NCBI GenBank assembly: GCA_043228905.1
Contig: JBHGNT010000013.1
Coordinates: 17,112,001 to 17,176,000 of the forward strand
DNA: 64,000 bases
Origin: Azolla caroliniana
Taxonomy: Eukaryota > Plantae > Polypodiophyta
Reading direction: 5' to 3'
The notes below the pieces were generated by a model, which saw nothing but the letters and a program-made list of their open reading frames with translations, did no database searches and was not told the DNA's origin. Numbering within the stretch: the stretch's first letter is position 1; each line of letters opens with the position of its first letter. The position numbers and the translations under genes were made by a program. Positions 1-12,813 of this stretch are shown piece after piece.

Positions 1-1908
1 ATCTCCGAGGGGCTCTTCTCTCCCTAAGAGGGTATCTCCGTCTTTGGTCTTCGGCAATCGGTTGCTCCGTCTGTTCCTCCTCCGAATCCGATTCAGGATC
101 TTGTTCGGTTCTAGTGTCTTCTTCCTCTACTTCTTCGGTCGGTTCAGTTTCTTGTCCGAATCCGACCGGTTCGTCGAGTGTCATCCGGTTACCGACTAAC
201 ATCCGGTTTTCAACCGGGTAAGTCCTCAAACTGCCCCCGGTATTCTCCTCCGTTATCTACTTGAACCACTTTCAGCTTCCGGCCGGTTTCTCTTTCCACT
301 CTCGCATGGAGTTCCTTGAAGACGCATAGCACCTTATCCTTTGTCTTTAGCGGTGAGACCCACAACTTCCGGTTGTTGTCATCTAGGAACATCACGAAGT
401 ACTACGATCCGGCGTGTGACTTCGTGTCCACTTGACACACATCAGTATGCACCAGCTCCAGTGGTGCATTCCGTCTCATTGGTGGTCTTGACCGAAAGGA
501 GGTTCGGTTTTGCTTGTCGGCCAAGCAATCGGTTCACTTCTCAAGATGCACATCTTTCACCTCCGGAATGAGGTTATCTTCGGCAAGTCTTCTCGTCCCC
601 TTCTGGCTCATATGACACAGTCTCTTCTGCCACAGATCACTAGCAATGTCAGATTCTATGTTTACTTCTTCCCAACATATCCGTGCATGGATCAAATACA
701 ATGTGTTGATCTTCCGGGCTCGAGCCACAATCAGGCTTCCTTTGCTGAATATCATGACTTCGTTCCGAATGCTACCCGTGTGACCTTCATCATCTAACCG
801 ACCGGTTGATATCAGGTTCAGTCGAACCTCCGGAACGTGTCGAACATCCTTCAATAGCAACTTGCATCCAATTGCTGTCGTCAACAACACATCTCCTATG
901 CCGACGATTCGACATGTCCCTTCATTCCCCATCCGGATACAACCGTGATCTCCGACTGTGTACGATGAGAAGCATCTCTGGTCCGGTGTCAGGTGGAACG
1001 ACACTCCAGAATCGACAACCCACGTTGTCTCGTCTTCGACAAGGTTTAACTCATTCTCCTCGGTAATGAGCATCAGTTCTTCTTCACTTGCCATGATTGC
1101 CGATGTTCCCTTCCAATCCGAACCTTTCCGATCTGAACCCTTCTTCCAATCGGATTGTCGGTTCCTTTCTCTTTCCGGAAATGCCGACAGTTCTTCTAGA
1201 AGTGCCCCAACTTCCCGCAATAGAAGCAAGTAGGCCTCCCCCTAGACTTCGACCTTGTCCCTGATTTGTCCCGGTTTTGGGGGCTCCGATACCAGCCTCT
1301 TCCCCGGTTGTGGTCATCTTCCGTAACCAACGCCTTTGGATCGGTTTTGGACTCCCGGTCCTTTCGGTGAGCTTCTTCATCTAGAAAGCTTGATTTTACC
1401 CTTGCTAGGGAAAACTTCTTTCCTTTCGGCCCGACATTGCCCAACAAGACAACTAGCATCTCCCAACTATCTAGGAGGGAACCGAGCAAGAGTAATGCAA
1501 GTACCTCATTGGCGAGAGGTACTTCCAACGAGGTTGCTTGGTTTATCAGTCCCTGGAAGGCATTCATGTGCTCTGCCATACTGGAGCCATCCTGGTACCG
1601 GAGCCTCACTAGCTGACACATGATGTTTACGTGGAAAACCCTAATAGGGAAATAAAAACCACGGGAGCCCACAGACTCCAAACTATCACTATATAAGAAA
1701 GGTACAATCAAAGACTCAGAGGCAACGACCTCAAGCTCTATATCTTCACCAAGTGGCAGTTACGACAAAGTATCGCTCTGTATCTCTCTCTCTATACAAC
1801 AATTATGCACATACAACAATATGACAACACCCACTTCTGTGATTGCCCTAGGTCATATTTATACTCATATGAACTTAGGGCTATTTACAAATATTTACAA
1901 ATGTGTCT
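1..1908 (-). mobile_element. Degenerate Ty1/copia element (Copia-0, Tork/Tnt1-like): gag-PR-INT fragments plus partial 5' LTR (~1615-1908)
   Basis: ORFs 1196-1711 (gag, CFYCGKLGH knuckle), 534-1229 (WVVDSG protease, GAG-pre-integrase) and 210-395 (DNGGEY) are near-identical in protein to Copia-B. 1615-1908 is the reverse complement of the Copia-C LTR family. PBS and gag N-terminus are deleted. Confidence 0.9.
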
Positions 1909-2011
1909 TCTCTTCCTACTCCCACTAGCTCCTTGGTCTGAGATCCCAGTGGTCCCGCCCCACTTCGACACATACCCGCAGAAAACCACGCATCATTCGT
2001 GAACCCGATGT

Positions 2012-3268
2012 TGTCGTGAAGATTTTCGGTAATGGTAGGAAAATTGCATGGAACGTACAAAATCAAGTGTGGTTCTTCACACGAGACATGAAACAATAAT
2101 AGAGAAGATACTATTTTAGATTAGCTTAATATCTTGGTACGTGAAGATGGAGGTCTTCAAGAGCTTTTGAATGCTTTTTACTACATAAGAAACGAACATC
2201 TAAGTGTCAAGTTATGTGGGTATAAAGTTTTGCAAAAGAAAAAACAGAAAAATAAAACTGTGAAATATCCCACATAGATAGGAAAAGTTTAGGCTCCAAC
2301 TATATAAGCAGATTGAGATCCACCATATTTCATCTATGTCTTCAGAGCACATAAGAAATAGTTGGACTTGAGCCACTTTTGTCTAGATGGACATATGTGG
2401 CTAAGTGCCCGAACCGGCCAACGACAAAACCGGAAACCGGATGCATCCGGCAATCTATGACTCAACGGAGCCGGCAACCGATGATCGGACGGATCCGGCA
2501 ATCCACGACCGGCGACGGAACCGACGACCGGTGAACGGCGACGGAGCTGATGACCCGACGACAACCAGTGACAAAGTCAGCGACCGGTGACCCGGCATCC
2601 ACCTCCGGATTCGGTAACGGATAGTGACGACATTCGGCATCTGGCGACCTCGGGATGCGGACCGAACCGGGCCAAATTGAACGAATGCAAATCGGTCGGG
2701 TCGGTTGATCATGGTGCATGGTGTCTTAAAGATATTTGGTCCAAAAGCCTAATAGTATTTTGTGCATAAAAGAAAAAGATGTAAGCAAGACTCAAACTTA
2801 ACACCTCCAAGATAGGAAGCAATAGGCTTACCATTAAGCCAAACCATTTCTTTAGGTATTATATTTTTATCATTATAGCTTTACATGTAAATTCTCATGT
2901 GTGAGAGGTTAGATGATGACATGGCAAGCATGCATTGTGTGCATTGCATGCATTCCGTGCATGTCTTGCACCCTCACATTCACCATATGCATGGGGGCAT
3001 CTATAAAAGAGTGGAGGGAATTTTTATTAACCAAGCTTTGTACTTTATATCAAAATTAAAATTAAGAAGAAAAATCATTATCCAATTGATATATTAATCT
3101 TGTTCTTCAAATCTAAAGTCAAGAATTTTATCTTATCTCAATCTCTCTCTCTTTCAATCTATCTTAAATACTTTCTCGCTAAAGCTAGTGCAAACTTCGA
3201 GTCGTTCCGGTCCAGAACCCCAGCGGTTTCGCCTCGCAATCCGCACATAGTGATGGATCTTCACGACA
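2012..3268 (+). mobile_element. Solo LTR (1257 bp) inserted into the PBS of Gypsy-1
   Basis: Perfect 12-bp terminal inverted repeat TGTCGTGAAGAT...ATCTTCACGACA. Flanks ATGT/ACGT fit a 4-bp TSD with one CpG transition. Removing it restores GTGAACCCGACGTGAA. TATA-like CTATAAAAG at ~3001. Confidence 0.8.
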
Positions 3269-3835
3269 ACGTGAAACGGGCGGTAGAGGAGTCCGAAGAT
3301 GAGAGGAAGTGAGCTCGTTGAAGCCATGGCGGTGGCCGTCGACCGCCTAGTAAACGCTTGAGAGGGCACGGGTGCCCTTAACAGGGCCCTTGAAGAACGC
3401 GACAACCTATCTCGAGGCCTATCAGGCCAAGATGATAATGAGGGACATCCCAGAGGACAAAAGATTGTACGGATTTTCCTGGGTGCTGACATCGAGCATT
3501 CATACGGAGATGCTCGAGGTTCAGGCTAACTGCAGGAACTTGGAGGAGTTCGAAGGACGGTTCGTCGAGAGGTACGGTTTCGACGACTCGCTCTGACTGT
3601 CAAAATGGGAATTCATGGAATGGGTCGAGAGCCCCGGAAACGGGAAGAATACATCAGTGCTCCTCCAATAGTTCGAAAAGCAATTCGCTCGGCTCTCGGC
3701 ACTGGACCGGACCGTGCTTAATACAAGTAGGGTCCTACTATTCATCAAGTTGGTTGATGCACTCTATCGAGAAAAGGTGGGTCTCTTATTGGAGCTGGAT
3801 GAAGGGCTCATGGCCGATTGGGTCGTGGTAAAGAG

Positions 3836-4448
3836 GTTTTGTAGCCGTTTCGACAAACGGCGAGAGTGGAACGACGCAGAGTCATCGACGACCGGCCTGG
3901 GTTCCGGGAAGAGGCCAGTGGAACTGATTTTGGCACGAACAGAAGAGACAAGGCAATGGTTGGAGTCGAGGATGGTTCCAGCTATCGTGGCCGGAGGTTC
4001 AGTCGGAGGAGCAACTTTGGAAGACGGATCTGTAGAAGACGTTTTGTAGCCGTTTCGACAAACGACGAGAGTGGAACGATGTAGAGTCATCGACGACCGG
4101 CCTGGGTTCCGGGAAGAGGCCGGTGGAACTGATTTTGGCACGAACAGAAGAGACAAGACAATGGTTGGAGTCGAGGATGGTTCCAGCTATCGTGGCTGGA
4201 GGTTCAGTTGGAGGAGCAACTTTGGAAGACGGATTTGTAGAAGAGGTTTTGTAGCCGTTTCGACAAACGACGAGAGTGGAACAACGCAGAGTCATCGACG
4301 ACCGGCCTGGGTTCCGGGAAGAGGCCGGTGGAACTGATTTTGGCACGAACAGAAGAGACAAGACAATGGTTGGAGTCGAGGATGGTTCCAGCTATCGTGG
4401 TCGGAGGTTCGGCCGGAGGAGCAACTTTGGAAGACGGATCTGTAGAAG
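3836..4448 (+). repeat. Tandem triplication, 205-bp unit, inside Gypsy-1
   Basis: GTTTTGTAGCCGTTTCGACAAAC recurs at 3836, 4041 and 4246. Confidence 0.95.
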
Positions 4449-5798
4449 GCCTTGGAAGAAAGGATGCTCGACAAGAAGGTGGAGCTCTTTGCTGAGAGAC
4501 ATGCTTGGGATAGCAAAAAGGGAATTCCACGATTCCATCGTGGACTCAGGGAAGAGGACGTAGCTCTCGATGGAGCCGGAGCCGGAAACGCCGGTCGAAG
4601 TGAAGGTGGTCCGCGTCGAAGAGGTAGCACTAGAAGAAGAGTTTCCGGATAGCTACTATACACAGCCGCATTGGGGAAGAGCCACGACAGAGACCCCGGT
4701 CCGGATCAGGGACGTTAAAGAACCGGTGGTGGCATTAATCAACCACGGATCCGAGATTAACCTAATGTCCATGGACTTCTATAAGAAGGGTAAATGGCCG
4801 ATTAATACCAAGCATGGCTGGAGGATTCGTGCGGCAACTCTTGCCACGGAAGAGCTTCACGGGGCGTGCCTGAATGTCCGCGTGACGGTGCACGATGTTG
4901 AAATAGACCAACACTTCGTCGTACAAGAGTCGTCGTCCCAACCGGTGATTTTTGGCGAACCTTACATTACGGTAGCTCGGATGGAAACGAAGATGCTAGA
5001 CAATGGTTCAACATACGTTTGGGTGAAGAGCCAGGATGATCGGCATTCCATCCAATTTTTGACGGTTCGGCCCAACCACGAGTGGAATTGCAACACTCTT
5101 GGCAACGATAGCCGAGAGGATTTTTGAAGAGGGCTATCAAGGCGTGGGGCCGCATAGTCTAGACAACCGCCAAAAACCCCACACATGTACACTAGGTAGG
5201 AGTTTTTAGCCCTCTGTTAATGGAGGTTGTACCATAACCGGCATCAGTAGCCGGGAGAGGACGCAGGTCGAAGGACGTTTGAAGGCATATGGCGCCTTAG
5301 GTTCTGACAACAACATTAGTGGCATCGTGGAGGCGGTCTCATTCAACGACACCCCCGGGGATATCAAGAAGATTGTCAAAGAGGATCTTAGCGAAGACCA
5401 GGTTGTTCCGGTAAATTCCGTCAACATGTACGAAGTCGTCGCGGACTTCGGGAAGATGATCGGGTCGGATCGGACCTCCCGAGTAGACACTAAGTACAAG
5501 ACTGTGGACCGGAAGGTGAGGTCAGTCGTGGCTTCCTTGCCAGAAGACAGTTGGGAACGGATGAAAGGGGTCACAACATACCCAAGTTTACGAGATCCGG
5601 CCGACATTCGGCACTTGTTCATCGACAGAACACTACAGGAGCTGAAGATTGGTAGGGGTTGCTTCCTGCTGCCGACTGAGGAATACCAGTTTCAGAGGAT
5701 GCTTGGGAAGCACGGGAAAGCCTTCACATTCTCACTTGGGGAGATCGGCTGCGTCGACCCGAAAATAGTAGAGTCGATGGTAATCTTCTCGGTAACGT

Positions 5799-6475
5799 TG
5801 TCGCGTGGTTACCCGCATGCGTATAGAACTAGGCGGGACCACGGGGGTCTTGGACCAAGGAATAACCGATCAGGAGTGGGAGCAAGAAAGACAACGGCCA
5901 TGCTTCCACACCCACACACACAGATACATAGAAACCGCGACCGAATGAAACAACGGAAACGAGACGAATGTGTATATGTATATATATTTTTTGATGAAAA
6001 AGGGGTTACAACCGGCAGGCCGTTGAGCGACAAATCTCCTACGCCTACGCACACGCACACAGAAGAGCGAGATGGAGACTCTGTAGGAATCACTCGGGCG
6101 TTCCACGGAGTAGAGTCAGCCTCCCAAAAACCTGCTTAGAGCAAAATACAGAGAAAGACGAAGGAGAGGAGCTCGGTCCCAGTCCGGCAGCACTTCGTCT
6201 TCGACAAAAGTGATCCCCTTTACGATTCCTCTCCCTCTCTTTTATAGCCCAAGGAGGGAAGCCGTTACAACTTGTTACATCATCTTTATTCTCTGTCCTT
6301 TCGGACAGAGATATGCCTTGATTTCCTACCTATCAAATCTGTGCAACCTAGGATATTCACATCAGCCGACTTGTACCTAAATATGTACATTACAACAAAA
6401 CTTGTGCCCGCGTGTAAGGGCCGGTTCGCGCACATCATTCTCCGATTCCGCCTAGGGACGGTTTTCTCCATGACA
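5799..6475 (-). repeat. Gypsy-2 3' LTR
   Basis: TG..CA termini; homologous to 37672-38346; PPT adjacent. Confidence 0.93.
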
Positions 6476-7336
6476 TCCGCCCCCACCTAACCGCGCATCC
6501 ACCGGTATGCACCAAAATAGACTCTTGCCGGAGAAGACCAGCCCACGCTTACCCTTCGTCCTCCAGATCACCATTCGCTTCGAACCGGTCGTCCTCGCTA
6601 TCCAAGTCGTCCAGGTCCAATTCATCCTCGTGCCACTTTTTCAACGCTTTGATCCTTTTCCCGGCCACCGGTACTGCCATCCTCGTCCTGTCAAGCTCCG
6701 CGAGATGGTAGGTCCCGTTGTCGTTGGCGCTTGTCACCATGTAAGGCCCGAACCACCTCCTTGCGAACTTCCGCGTCGCTTTGTGCTGGTTGTCGAGGCT
6801 GTTGTCATATACCAGAACCTAGTCGCCTTCCTCGATTTTCTTCGGCCTTAGTCAGTGAGTCTGTTCGAATCGTCCCTTGTTCTTTACCCTCGCGGCCCAC
6901 AGCTTTTCCGCGGCTTCTTCCACATCCTCCAGTCCTCGCTCAAGCTGTCGGATCCGCACTGCTAACAGCTCCTCCCGGCCCATCTCGTCTGTCCAGTCCA
7001 CCGTGGCCCATGAGGAGATCGTTCACTCCATTGGCATGACCGGCTTCTGCCCGTACATCAACTCCGTCGGCATGAACCCGGTTACCGAATTGTGCGTAGT
7101 TTGGTCGGCCCACAACACATAAGGCAAGAGCCGCGGTCAGTTTCCAACGGCCTCCACATGCCCACACTAACGCTTTGACGATCAGCCCGTGTCCGCGTTC
7201 CACCTTCCCGTTCGCCTCCGGATTGTTTGCCGTGGTGAGCAAGAGTTTAACCCCTACCCGATCAAATAGCTCTTCAGCCTCTTGTGCTTCCACTTCTCCG
7301 CGTTCGGTTACGATCTTTCCTACGCACCCATACCGG

Positions 7337-10300
7337 TGTTGAGAATCAAGCTCAACTTCGTCTAGTGTGTGAACTCACCTTGAGAGTGAATAAACACTCC
7401 AACGGTCAAGAGTCACCATTAAGTCACCACTTTGTATTCTAGCATTAAGTATGAGTCATAGAATCATATTCTATGACACATAACATATGAGCTTTCACAT
7501 TCCCCATGCTACATGAGCCTTGTAGTTAATGAATAGAGAGGGTGACTACATAAAGCACCCTCCTCCCACCTTGTATAGTGTCGAGTCTTTCTCCTTTACT
7601 AATATACTTAACCTTGCGTATACTTTGTGTCTCTCCCTCTCTCTATCTATCTCATACACACACACACACATAGTTCACGCCTATTCCGCGTCACAAGAAT
7701 CCATCTCTTGATTCTTTACATGGTATTAGAGCGATTTGGTAGCTCTATCTAGCCCATTCGCCTCATCGTGATCGTGTGTTGTGCTCCACGCCGACAACCA
7801 AGAACCGGCTCATCGCTATCGTAGCTTTGCTACATAGCTCGCATTCGAAGAGAGAAGAAGAAGAAGAAGAATCGACATAATGAATACTCAAATGGGGAGC
7901 GCTCTCCCTACCGAGAAGTTGGATCGAAACAACTTAGCATCTTGGGAGTACAAGATGCACCAATACCTTGTCAGACAAGGCTATTGGAGCTACATCAAAG
8001 GAGCGCATGAAGACCGACCCGCCGAAGCGTCTCCCGGACACGCGACATGGAAGCAAGCCGCAAGCCGCGTGATGTATTGTTTGGCAACATGTGTTCACGA
8101 CCACATGCTCGGTTACATTCGAGAAGCCAAGACGCCGAAGGAAGCGTGGGAAAATCTACGAAAGATTTTCGCCGCCAACACGACCGTGAGGAAGCTTCAA
8201 CTCCACCAAGAGTTGAACAACATTCAACAAAGGGACATGTCCATCACGACATACACCTTGAAGATCAAGGAGCTTTGCGACTCGCTCGGCTCAATAAGCG
8301 TAAGTATAGATGATGATGAGATGGTGCAAATATGCCTCGGCGGCCTCGCACCACGGTTCGGCGCGATGTGAACCGCCGTTCTAGCACGGGAGAAATCTCC
8401 CTCCTTCTTCGAGCTCCAATCAATGCTATTGGTCGAAGAAAACCATGTGCGTACAAGGAGCAATGAGTCAAAAGGCCACATGCTCTACACGCACTCTAAT
8501 GGAGGAAGAGGATACGAACGAGCGAGAGACCAATTCGGCCAAGGACAAGGCAGACGAGGTCCGACCTACGACAACAACTCCCAATTTCGGCCGCAAAACG
8601 GAGGCCAACGAGGAACCTTCACAAGAAGGGGGAGCTTCCACTCCGGCCCGAGCCGTCAAAACACAACCGAATGCGGATATTCCGGAAAGCTCGACCACCA
8701 CGAAGAAGAGTGCCGAAAGAAGATGCGTGAATCGGCTTCCACAAGCCGACAACTCACAAATTACGCCCACAATTCCGACTACGAAGAGCATAGCGGAATG
8801 TACGGGCACAACTCCGACTACGAGGATCGTGGCGGAATGTACGCATACAACTCCGACCGTGGCGGAATGTTCATGATAAAACATAGAGCAAACTCTATGT
8901 CGGCCTCTACCTCAACTAGTGCCCTCAATCCGGAGGACGTATGGTTTGTTGAATCCGGAGCGTCAAACCATATGACATCCCATAAAGAATGGTTTCTCAA
9001 ACTTCGAGAGCCGGAGCGACCCGGTTATGTAGAAACAGGAGATGACACTATGCACCCAATTTGGCACATCTGCAATATTCCGTTCGGCGAAAGAGGTAAG
9101 CAAACATACATTAAAAATGTCTTGCATGTTCCCACCATCACGAAGAATTTGGTCTCAGTCGGTCAAATGGTTGACCAAGGGATGCAAGTACGATTCGACC
9201 AAGAAGGGTGCTTCATCGAAAAAGAAGGCCGAATCATGGCACGCGGAAGAAGAGAAGGCCGAATGTTCATTCTCGATTCGCATGAGGTGAAATCCACCAT
9301 GTTCACGAAAAGCACGAAAGCCGACTCCGACATAGAGCTATGGCATAAGCGAATCGGCCACATCAATCTCAACAAACTCAAAGCAATGAAATTGAAAGGA
9401 GTCATCATCGGACTCCCGAAATTCAAAGAGAAGCAGATTGAAGGTGTATGCGAAGCGTGCCAATTCGGCAAGCAACACCAACACCCATTTCTGAAGGAGC
9501 GGAATGTGAGCAAAGGCATACTCGACGTAATTCATTCCGATGTATGGGGTCCAGCTCAAACGGTGACATTCGGCGGATGCCGATATTACATGCTCTTCAT
9601 TGACGACTTTTCTAGGCACACTTGGATCTATCGGATGCGGCAAAAGAGCGAAGTGTTCGGACACTTCCAAAAAATCAAGAATGAAGTCAAGAAAGTCACG
9701 GGCCGACATGTACATTGTCTTCAATCGGATGGCGGCAAGGACTACTTCTCGAACGATTTCACGGCGTATCTCCGAAAGGAAGGAATTCGGCGAGAATTCA
9801 CTTGCCGACACACTCCGCAACAAAATGGGGTAGCCGAGCGCAAAAATCGGCACATCCTCGAAGTAGTGCAGGCAATGATGAATGCGAAGCATATGCCCAA
9901 GTCTCATTGGGCCGAAGCTGCAAATACGGCCGTCTACCTAATGAACCGATGCACAACATCCGGCGTGCATGAGGTCACTCCGCACGAAAGATTCTTCAGA
10001 AAGAAGCCAAACCTATCACATGTTCGGATATTCGGCTCCATTGCGTACATCCACATCCCCGACGAGAAGCGTCAAAAGCTTGACCCGAAGTCGGAGAAAT
10101 GTATCCTCGTAGGATACTCATTGGAGCAAAAGGGGTACAAGTGCTACAACCCCTCAACTCGAAAATCTCAAGTAAGCTGAGACGTCGTTTTAGACGAGTC
10201 TGCATCCTGGTACGCACCAGAAACAACTTCGACTCCGACTCCGCTCGACCCGGAATCCACCAAACAAGAGATAGAGGATGAAGATCGCCTTACGCACATG

Positions 10301-12813
10301 TTCGAAGAAAGTCCGATCACAACCCGACTAAGTGGACCACAAGAGCCTTTAAGCAATCAAAGCACATCACAGCCTAGCCCGAAGATGGACAAAGGCAAGT
10401 CACAAATGGCAGAATACGCAGACGATCACTTCGACAATGATGCGTCAACTCACTCACTCGACAATGAGTTCGGTGGCTTCGATGTTCCAATCGGAGCTAA
10501 GAAAGCCCTCATCTCTGCAAATGAAAAGCTTCGTCGCTCCACCCGTGAAAAGAATCTGGTCAGCCGATTCGGCTACAACGACTACATGGCATATCACTAT
10601 GCCTTTATGATGAAGGTGGCGACAGTACGCGAGTCGGAAACATTCTCCGAAGCAGCCAAGGATCCGCGATGGATCGAAGCCATGAATGAGGAGATGCAGG
10701 CATTACGCAAGAACGAGACGTGGGATCTCGTTCCCATCTCACCACACAAAAAGGCGATCGGATGCAGATGGGTTTACAAAGTGAAGTACAACGCAGACGG
10801 TTCCGTCAACCGCTACAAAGCGCGACTCGTAGCGAAAGGCTACACTCAAACTCACGGAGTTGACTACGAGGAGACCTTTGCCCCGATGGCAAAGATGACG
10901 ACAGTGCAAACCGTAATTGCGCTTGCCGCGGCGAAAGCGTGGCACCTCCATCAAATGGACGTCAAGAACGCCTTTCTCAAAGGCGAATTAGAAGAGGAGG
11001 TGTACATGATCCAACCACCTGGCTTCAACTCGAGCACCCATCCGAAAGTTGTTTTCTGACTCAAGAAGCCACTCTACGGCCTCAAGCAAGTACCGTGTGC
11101 TTGGCATTCGAAGATAACGCAATATCTTCATCAAATCGGCTTCCGTATATCTAAATCGGACAACTCCCTCTACATACGAAGCGATTCTGCCAGTCCGATT
11201 GTCATCATCTTATATGTGGATGACCTAGTCATTGGAGGTGAGCATCTCGTCGAAATCAATAAGGTCAAATCCCTCATTTCCGACAAGTTCGAGATGACGG
11301 ACATGAAGCAGCTCCACTACTTCCTCGGCATCGAGGTAATTCGGACTCCGGCCGGAATCATGATCTCTCAACGGCACTACATCCTCAACTTGTTATACAA
11401 GTTCGGGATGGCTGAGTGCAAATCCACGGCAACCCCACTCGATCGCAATCTCAAACTCGATGCGAACTCCGGCACATAAGCGTGTGAGCCGACTCAGTAT
11501 CGGCAACTCATCGGGAGTCTCATCTACCTCACGATCACACGACCCGATCTCAGTTATCCGGTCGGTCTCCTTAGGCAATTCATGCAAACACTGCGTGATA
11601 CTCACTTGGATTGCGATAAGCGAATTCAACGATACGTGAGCGGCACAATGGATTGCGTCATCCTCTACAAGACCGCAATGCCAATACGACTCGAGGGGTA
11701 TAAAGACGCCGATTGGGCCGGCTACAAAGCCGATACAAGATCAACCTCCGGATTTGTTTTCTCCCTCGGCAGCAGAGCAATATCCTGGAGTACCAAGAAG
11801 CAGCCTATCGTCGCCCTTTCAAGTACGGAGGCGGAATACAGGGGTGCAGCCGTAGTTGCGTGTGAAGTCGTATGGCTCAAGAGGATTTTGAAGGATCTTG
11901 GCGTACCCATCAAAGATCCGACTTCCCTTTACTGCGACAACATGAGCAGTATCTATCTGGCTCGGAACCCGGTGTTCCACGCTCGGACAAAGCACATCGA
12001 AGTGCACTATCACTTCATCCGAGAGCGCGTTCTAGCTGGCGATGTCGACCTACAACACATTAGCACAAATCTTCAATCAACCGACATCTTCACTAAAGCC
12101 TTAAGAGCCGACAAGCTGTGGCAATTCATGACCGATCTCGGATTGACGATCCCTGACCTGCCAAGCTTGAGGGGGAGTACTGAAGACATTACGCAATAAC
12201 GCATGGATTCCGCAAACCGCGCACATTACGCAAGAACGTGTGGATTACGCAACCACGCAATGAAGCCACGAAGAGCCGATCTACCGCGCAAAGCCGCGAA
12301 GAAAGACGCAAGCCGAAGCACGGATTCCGCAACTCCGCATAAATGCGAGTCGACGCGGACTCCAGAACGTGAGTCAAAGCGGATTTTGGATACCTTTTGA
12401 AACCGACCCGACTTGAGCTTGAGGGGGCGTGTTGAGAATCAAGCTCAACTTGGTCTAGTGTGTGAACTCACCTTAAGAGTGAATAGACACTCCAACAATC
12501 AAGAGTCACCATTAAGTCACCACTTTTTATTCTAGCATTAAGTATAAGTCATAGAATCATATTCTATGACACATAACTTATGAGCTTTCACATTCCCCAT
12601 GCTACATGAGCCTTGTAGTTAATGAAGAGAGAGGGTGACTACATAAAGCAACCTCCTCCCACCTTGTATAGAGTCGAGTCTTTCTCCTTTACTAATATAC
12701 TTAACCTTGCGTATACTCTGTGTCTCTCTCTATCTCTCTATCTCATACACACACACACACACACAGTTCACACCTATTCTGCGTCAGAAGAATCCATCTC
12801 TTGATTCTTTACA
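7337..12813 (+). mobile_element. Copia-A, full-length Ty1/copia element with stops and frameshifts
   Basis: LTRs 7337-7720 and 12430-12813 with TSD ACCGG. PBS TGGTATTAGAGC (Met-i type) at 7721 and PPT TTGAGGGGGCG. Gag 7880-8371, PR-INT 8423-10180, RT 10298-11479, RH 11582-12199. Confidence 0.96.
7880..12199 (+). pseudogene. Copia-A gag-pol, disrupted
   Basis: Copia domain order gag-PR-INT-RT-RH (HSDVWGP, QNGVAERKNR, YKARLVAKG, SSTEAEY), broken into five ORFs. Confidence 0.92.

Larger units (their letters stand above)
1909..5798 (+). mobile_element. Gypsy-1, degenerate Ty3/gypsy element, left part (LTR 3' remnant, split tRNA-Trp PBS, gag, protease, pol N-terminus)
   Basis: Gag fragments 3372-4049 match the Gypsy-2 gag. 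Protease ALINHGSEINLM lies in 4570-5127 and YKTVDRKV in 5279+. The reading frame breaks at MVIFSVT (5798) and resumes as HVPWNLKPIPVPRA at ~38651. Confidence 0.88.
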
